From Methanothermus fervidus DSM 2088 (GTDB taxonomy: Archaea > Methanobacteriota > Methanobacteria > DSM-2088 > Methanothermaceae): a DNA stretch of 32,000 nucleotides. The position numbers and the translations under genes were made by a program. The notes beneath the pieces are model-generated. The model searched no databases. It was not told the DNA's origin and saw only the letters and a list, made by a program, of their open reading frames with translations. The stretch lies in contig CP002278.1 of the NCBI GenBank assembly GCA_000166095.1, positions 870,001 through 902,000 on the forward strand, in the 5' to 3' direction. Every line of letters starts with the position of its first letter. The stretch's first letter is position 1. Shown here piece after piece: positions 26,545 to 32,000 of this stretch.

Positions 26545-29500
26545 TTATAATTCTCCCTCTAACTCTGCATCTAAATTCATATATTTATTCTTTAGCTTCT
26601 TTATAGTTTTTTCATCACTTTTCCAATATCCTCTTTCATATGCTTCAAGAAATCTCTCCAACATTTTTTTAGTAGCATATTTATTGTTTTTTTCTAATTT
26701 TCTATACATCTTTTCATCAAAAATGAAAGTGTTAACAGCTTCATCCCATATCCAATTATCGACAGCATTAGTAGTTGCTGATAATCCTAGTAAATATTCA
26801 ACCCTGTCTGCTATTTTTTGAACACCGGAAAAACCATGTTTTAACATGGCATTTATCCATTTTGGATTGAGAGTTCTTGTTATTGAACCTCTTTTTATAG
26901 AATCATCAATTTTTTCTACTTTTGGAATTTCTTTCGTACTATCTGCTATAAGCATTTCTGGTTTTTTGCCATCTCTTAAAATCTCAACAGATTTTGACAA
27001 ACCACCAAAAAATTCATAGTAATGATCTAAATCTGTTATTTCATAATCATGAGAATCTCTTACTTGTGAAATAAGATCTACATTCTTTAATAATTTTTCA
27101 AAAACTTCTTGAGCCTTTTTTGAATAATGATTTTTTGTGTATGCATAACTCATAGAATGAATATATGCTTCCGCTAAATCATTTTCATTTTTCCAAGCAC
27201 TATCCTCAACAAGTTCTAATAATCTTGTATTGTATTCTGTTGATTGTGGCCCGAAAATTCTAGCTTTTGCTAAATTTCCATGTTCCTCAAGTTCAGTTAC
27301 ATGTTTTTTTACAAAATTTTCATTTTTTGATTCTGGAAGTTCTGCTACCATTCTAAATGCCTTGTCAAGAAGTTCCATAAGATTTGGAAACATCTCCCTA
27401 AAGAATCCACATATTGTAACGACAACATCTATCCTTGGTCTTTTAAGTTTCTCAATGGGTATTACTTTTAATTTTTTCTCCCAAGGTGTTTTGTGAATAA
27501 TTTTTACACCTAGATAATCTAATATTTGGGCAATGGTTTCACCTTGAGTCTTTGCGGTTTCAAAACCCCAAAGAACTACCCCAACAGTCTCTGGGTATTT
27601 TCCATGTTTTTTGAAATAATTTTCTATCGTAAGTTTTGCTATTCTTTTACCTCTTTCAATTGCTGCCTCAGTAGGTATTTTTTGTGGATCAAATTCATGA
27701 ATGTTTTTTCCCGTTGGTAGAACTTCTGGATTTCTTATTACATCTCCACCCACAGAAGGTTCTATATATGAGCCATTTAAACTTTTAATTAAATTTTTCA
27801 GTTCCAGGGAATTATCTACGAAATTTTTAACTCTTTTAACACAGTAATCTATAGTTTCCTTTATGTCTTTTGGTAATTTTTTGTTATTTAAATACTGTTT
27901 TACAAGCTTTTTAGCTTTTTTATCAATTTTTCTAAGTATGCGAGGATTATTAAGCACTTTTTCATATTTTAATCCCATTCTTTCAGCTATAAGTCTATGT
28001 AGTGATTTAACGCTGCCTCTATCATATCTAGCAATAGCTGTTATAAGTTCTATTAAATCTTTCTGCTTTAACTCGTATTTCTCTCCAACTACATGTAATC
28101 CTTTTGGAATTATCGAACGTCTATATTCATAAAGTTTTCTTTCCAATTGATTTAAATCTTCTCCCAAATGAAGTTTTTTTGCCAATTTTAATGCTTTTTC
28201 TTTTGCTATTTTTGCTCTAATTTTATCTTTACCTTTATCTTCTCTATATTCATCTAGTAAATCTTCTAATTTTGCATATTTACCATACGTTCCTGCAGTT
28301 GTATATGGTGGCGAATTGTAACTAATTAAAGTTCCATAAAGTCTTCTTTTAGCTATAGATGCTTCTGAAGTGTTAATAATATGATAAATATAAACATTTG
28401 GCATATTACCAATTAAAATATCAGGGAAACATTTTGAACTTAATCCTATTTCCTTACCTTTTGTAAATTCAGCAGTGCCATGAGTTCCAAGATGTATAAC
28501 ACAATCAGCTTTAAAAACGTTTTCTATCCATTTATAGAACGCTATATATTGGTGATGAGGTGGTTTTGTGTCATCATGAATTGCAGAATCTATATCTTCA
28601 TTACTTAATGGTGGCCTGGATGGTTGAACACCTATAAAAACATTTCCAAGAGTTACTCCAGGAATCAAAAATTTATTTTTATCAACTAAAATATCTCCAG
28701 GAGGAGGACCCCATGTGTTAATCACATCTTTCTTTACTTCATCTGGAAGTTTATTGAAATACTTTAAATATTCTTCAACATTTAGTTTTGGACATTCGTA
28801 AATTATTTCTGAATTGAAAAGCCTTCTTTTTATGAATAATTTTTCTAATTCTTTTCTGTTTTTTACTTCAACTTTGTAACCATTCTTTTTTAAAATTTTT
28901 AAAATTTTTCAAGACTGACAAAAGTGTCTAAATAGGCAGCATTTCCAAGATTTTCTTCTCCAGGAGGATAATTGTAAATAATTATAGCTATTTTCTTTTC
29001 TTCATTATTTTTCCTTTTAAGTTTTTAACCAGTTTTCAACCCTTTTTAACAAACTTATCAACTCTATCTTCTATTGGTACAATTTCATAATTTTTTACAC
29101 CGCATAGTGGGATTGATTCAACGCCCCCATCTGTTTCTGGCAATGTAACAGAAGTTATTGTTTGTAATGGTGATAAACCTCTCTTATTTTTTCTCCAATC
29201 TTTTATTTCCTGCATTAACATTAAAGATGGCGTAAAAAGTTTAGAGTCTATATTTTTTAAAAATTCTATTGTTGGTTTAGAATCACCGCCTAAAGGACCG
29301 CCATTCAATTTAAACCATAACAAACTTATTATTCCATCAAGCTGCTTATCTTTAAAATATTTTTTCATAGCTTCTAGGTTTCTAATTCCATCAGTATAAA
29401 CAGGAATTATATTACAATCCAATTTTTTACAATTTCTTCTAAAAGAGGTAGGGAAGTATCTCGATGCATTCCTCCATAATAAATTACTCCCACTGTAGGT

Positions 29501-30102
29501 TTATCTGGTGAAATTTTAATTTTATCACCATATACTGGATGATACAAACCAAATTCTGGATATTCTATTGGATCTTCAACCTCCACATCTAAACCCTTCA
29601 GCTTACAAATGTGAAGAAACATGTTCTTGTAATTATTATAGCCACCATTTGCCCAATATTTTAAAATTTTAATATAATTTCTAGTATCTTTTAACACTGT
29701 AATAGGTAAAAATTTTCCAAGGAACTCTATAATCTTCTGAATCCTTTTAATCCATTTCATCATGCTTTCAGGGTTACCATATGACATTGTACATTTATCA
29801 CTTTTCATTATTTTACTCATTTTAAATTTGCCTAATTTTGCAAGAGATAAAATAGATGGAGATCCACCTACTAAAGCAACAACGTCCTTATTTTTGTAAT
29901 TGAGTTCTGTAAGTGAAAGAGGATCACCCCTAACATCCATCAAAATTATATCTGCCCAATCAACATACTTTTGAAGTGTAGATTTTTTAGGAAGATCATG
30001 AGCAAAAATTAATTTAACATTTGTATAATCTGAGACATCTTTGATAGCTCTATGTAAATTCCTACTTACAACAGTGGATATCAATAAGATATTTGGTTTC
30101 AT
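26545..30102 (-). pseudogene. cobN: CobN/BchH-like cobalt/magnesium chelatase large subunit gene broken by several indels
   Basis: Collinear pieces of one protein: 30102..29407 (N-terminus), 29422..29036, an ORF-less stretch that still translates to KIAIIIYNYPPGEENLGNAAYLDTFVSLEK, then the frame that continues into 28725..26545 (INTWGPPPGDI...HLGTHGTAEFTKGKEIGLS). Confidence 0.75.
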
Positions 30103-30247
30103 TGCTTTTGCCTCCATATATATATGTGATTTTTAGTTACTAAAATATTACTTAAAATATTTTTTTGTTTAGTCACTTTCTAGGCATTGCAAAGTTTTAA
30201 GCATGTGTTTGTGAAAATTTAAAGTATAGATTAATGGAGGAGAAAAA

Positions 30248-30580
30248 ATGGAAGAAAAATTACCATTTGCTAAAGCAGAAGTAGTAAGATTAATGAGAAA
30301 ATATTTAGATGACGATAAAATGATAAGAGAACGTGTAAAAATAGAGATGAATAAGTTTTTAGGTGAAATTGTGAAAAATATTTGCAAAGAACTGAATAAA
30401 TATCCTTACACAGTTGTAGAACATGACATGTTCAAAGAATGCGTATATCCCTACAGAAATTTAGATAGAATCAATGAAGAAAAAGAAAGAATGATAAAAC
30501 ATTTAGAAGCTATAAAATCTGATTGTGATGCATTGATATCTGAAATAAAACGAAGTTTTGATTTGACAAGTAAGCTATAA
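30248..30580 (+). CDS. Small conserved protein, possible histone fold with C-terminal coiled coil
   Basis: RBS TGGAGGAG; [16 protein letters not shown]...[19 protein letters not shown]... followed by an acidic/basic helical tail. Confidence 0.7.
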   Translation: MEEKLPFAKAEVVRLMRKYLDDDKMIRERVKIEMNKFLGEIVKNICKELNKYPYTVVEHDMFKECVYPYRNLDRINEEKERMIKHLEAIKSDCDALISEIKRSFDLTSKL

Positions 30581-31120
30581 TTCTATAAATCCTGTTTTAA
30601 GGTTTTTTATTTCTTCTTCTGTTAATTTTCGTTTAGAAACTTCTGGGTGATCGATAAAACTCTGACCTAAAGGATCCTCTAAAATCATTTTAACCTTTCT
30701 TTTACCATTTTTGACCTCTTTTAATTTTTTAGATATTTCTTTTATTTTTACTCTAGTTTTTTTGTCTTTAAATAATATCTTAGAACTTTCAATGACTTCT
30801 TCAAATCTATTTAATACACCTTCAATGTTAGATATATATCCTTGAGATTTTGGTCCAGGTTCAACCTTTAATCCTAATTCAGGTATTCTTATAGTTGCTG
30901 ATTGAGATTTCACAACCCTTGCATTAAGTGTTTCTAAATGTACATCAATTGAATATCTCATAGGTTCTTTTGATTCAAGACAAAGAATATCACTATCTCT
31001 GTATCCACAATTTTTACAAATAGATGCAAATTCCAAAACTTCTCCGAAATATGGTATTTTTTGTGTTGTAGTTATTACATTTAAGGATCTATTTTGGCAG
31101 AGAGGACAATTAGCTATCAT
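30575..31120 (-). CDS. ZPR1 zinc finger domain protein
   Basis: CPLCQ...[13 protein letters not shown] and [13 protein letters not shown]; [18 protein letters not shown] at 31120 is preferred over the 31141 start in the track. Confidence 0.88.
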   Translation of the reverse strand: MIANCPLCQNRSLNVITTTQKIPYFGEVLEFASICKNCGYRDSDILCLESKEPMRYSIDVHLETLNARVVKSQSATIRIPELGLKVEPGPKSQGYISNIEGVLNRFEEVIESSKILFKDKKTRVKIKEISKKLKEVKNGKRKVKMILEDPLGQSFIDHPEVSKRKLTEEEIKNLKTGFIEL

Positions 31121-32000
31121 TTTTTGTTGCAATTGCACCACCTCTGTATAGTAACCCTTCCTTATCTAGTTCTTCCACAATTTTTTCCAATGTCTCTTCA
31201 TCTGGTGCACATATCTTATGAGTATGTATATTGTTTGACAATCTATAAATTCTTTCCAGGTCCTTCCTACGTTTTGGGTTTTCTTCCAATATTTTGATAA
31301 ATCTTTCTGCATCTTTTGGATCATAAATATCTACTTTACGTCTTAAAGGTTCTGAAAATCCTGGAATTGGGTATGATACATCGACAATACGGCCATCATA
31401 TTTCTCTATTACAATTTCAACAACTTTTTTTAAGTCCTCAACCGGATGTTGTAATACTATTCTTTTACAACATTGTTTTATAAAAGATAAAATACGTTTA
31501 ACTGTAGATTCTAATTCTTCGTTGTTAATAACAGGGACATTGTGTTCTTTTGCCTTTTCAACTAAATAATCATGTATAATGCGGTTTTCTCTAAAATATT
31601 CTAAGTGTTTGCCTCCCCTTTTTATCTCCATTGCTCTCTTTACAAATCTCTCCTTATGTGTTTTCTCATCTGCAGACAAAACAATGAAGTGAACAGAAGC
31701 ATCTTCCTTAAACTTTTCTATGTCTATCATTCCTGGTAATAAATGGACACCTTCAATAATTACATCGTCATGATCATCAATAGCTCTTCTAATAACCTTT
31801 TCTATAGCAGGTATTACAAAGGAAGCATGTTCCTCAAAACCTGCTCTTACCAATGATTCATGATCTTTAAATTTTTCTTTATATCTTAAAATTGTGTAGG
31901 CATCATATGATGATTTATGCAATGCTGGTGCATAATCGTCCCCTATAATACCTCTTACAATTTCTCTAATAAAATCAGTCTCTATTAAATGCTTAATTTC
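31110..32000 (-). CDS. pgk2: 2-phosphoglycerate kinase, partial (runs off the window edge)
   Basis: The reading frame continues past the track's 31922 start to the window end as [35 protein letters not shown]; EGVHLLPG; [19 protein letters not shown]. Confidence 0.85.
   Translation of the reverse strand, partial: EIKHLIETDFIREIVRGIIGDDYAPALHKSSYDAYTILRYKEKFKDHESLVRAGFEEHASFVIPAIEKVIRRAIDDHDDVIIEGVHLLPGMIDIEKFKEDASVHFIVLSADEKTHKERFVKRAMEIKRGGKHLEYFRENRIIHDYLVEKAKEHNVPVINNEELESTVKRILSFIKQCCKRIVLQHPVEDLKKVVEIVIEKYDGRIVDVSYPIPGFSEPLRRKVDIYDPKDAERFIKILEENPKRRKDLERIYRLSNNIHTHKICAPDEETLEKIVEELDKEGLLYRGGAIATKNDS

Noticed and set aside
31922-32000. Apparent frameshift upstream of the listed 2-phosphoglycerate kinase ORF
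   Set aside because: Rereading the line (gtcccctataata) gives four C residues, so the frame [25 protein letters not shown] is continuous. The ORF is only truncated by the tool's start-codon rule.
1-32000. CRISPR arrays
   Set aside because: No regularly spaced 25-37 nt direct repeats seen.
1-32000. tRNA and rRNA genes
   Set aside because: No GG-TTCRA-T-C T-arm motif or acceptor-stem pairing, and no high-GC rRNA-like block noticed. A tRNAscan/Infernal run would be decisive.

Overview
This is an AT-rich, gene-dense archaeal chromosomal window. The ORF at 3134-3343 reads, from memory, as histone HMfA of Methanothermus fervidus. Together with a 2-phosphoglycerate kinase-like partial gene, pseudomurein-binding-type repeats and ABCE1, Hef and RadB, it points to a hyperthermophilic Methanobacteriales genome. 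Recognisable genes are an MreB-like actin, RNase HII, two radical SAM proteins, HMfA, ABCE1/RLI, an aminotransferase, RadB, a DUF483-like protein, UPF0147, a GMC-type FAD oxidoreductase, an ATP-grasp protein, UPF0216, CbiG, a class II aldolase, Hef, a PD-(D/E)XK-like nuclease, a fragmented CobN-like chelatase, ZPR1 and 2-phosphoglycerate kinase. The accessory zone at about 19.9-25.5 kb holds the most unusual content. It has a mosaic surface protein with a PxTG-like C-terminus. It also has a secreted C39-like peptidase whose own C-terminus carries a double-glycine-leader-like motif (LSKEEMQNIKGK) followed by a 36-aa Trp-rich cationic tail, next to a SpoIIM/DUF95-like membrane protein. I propose this as a candidate self-processing antimicrobial-peptide system. 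Other points of interest are a candidate pseudomurein endopeptidase with a possible ATT start codon, a CobN-like gene broken at homopolymer tracts, and a small protein with a possible histone fold plus coiled coil.
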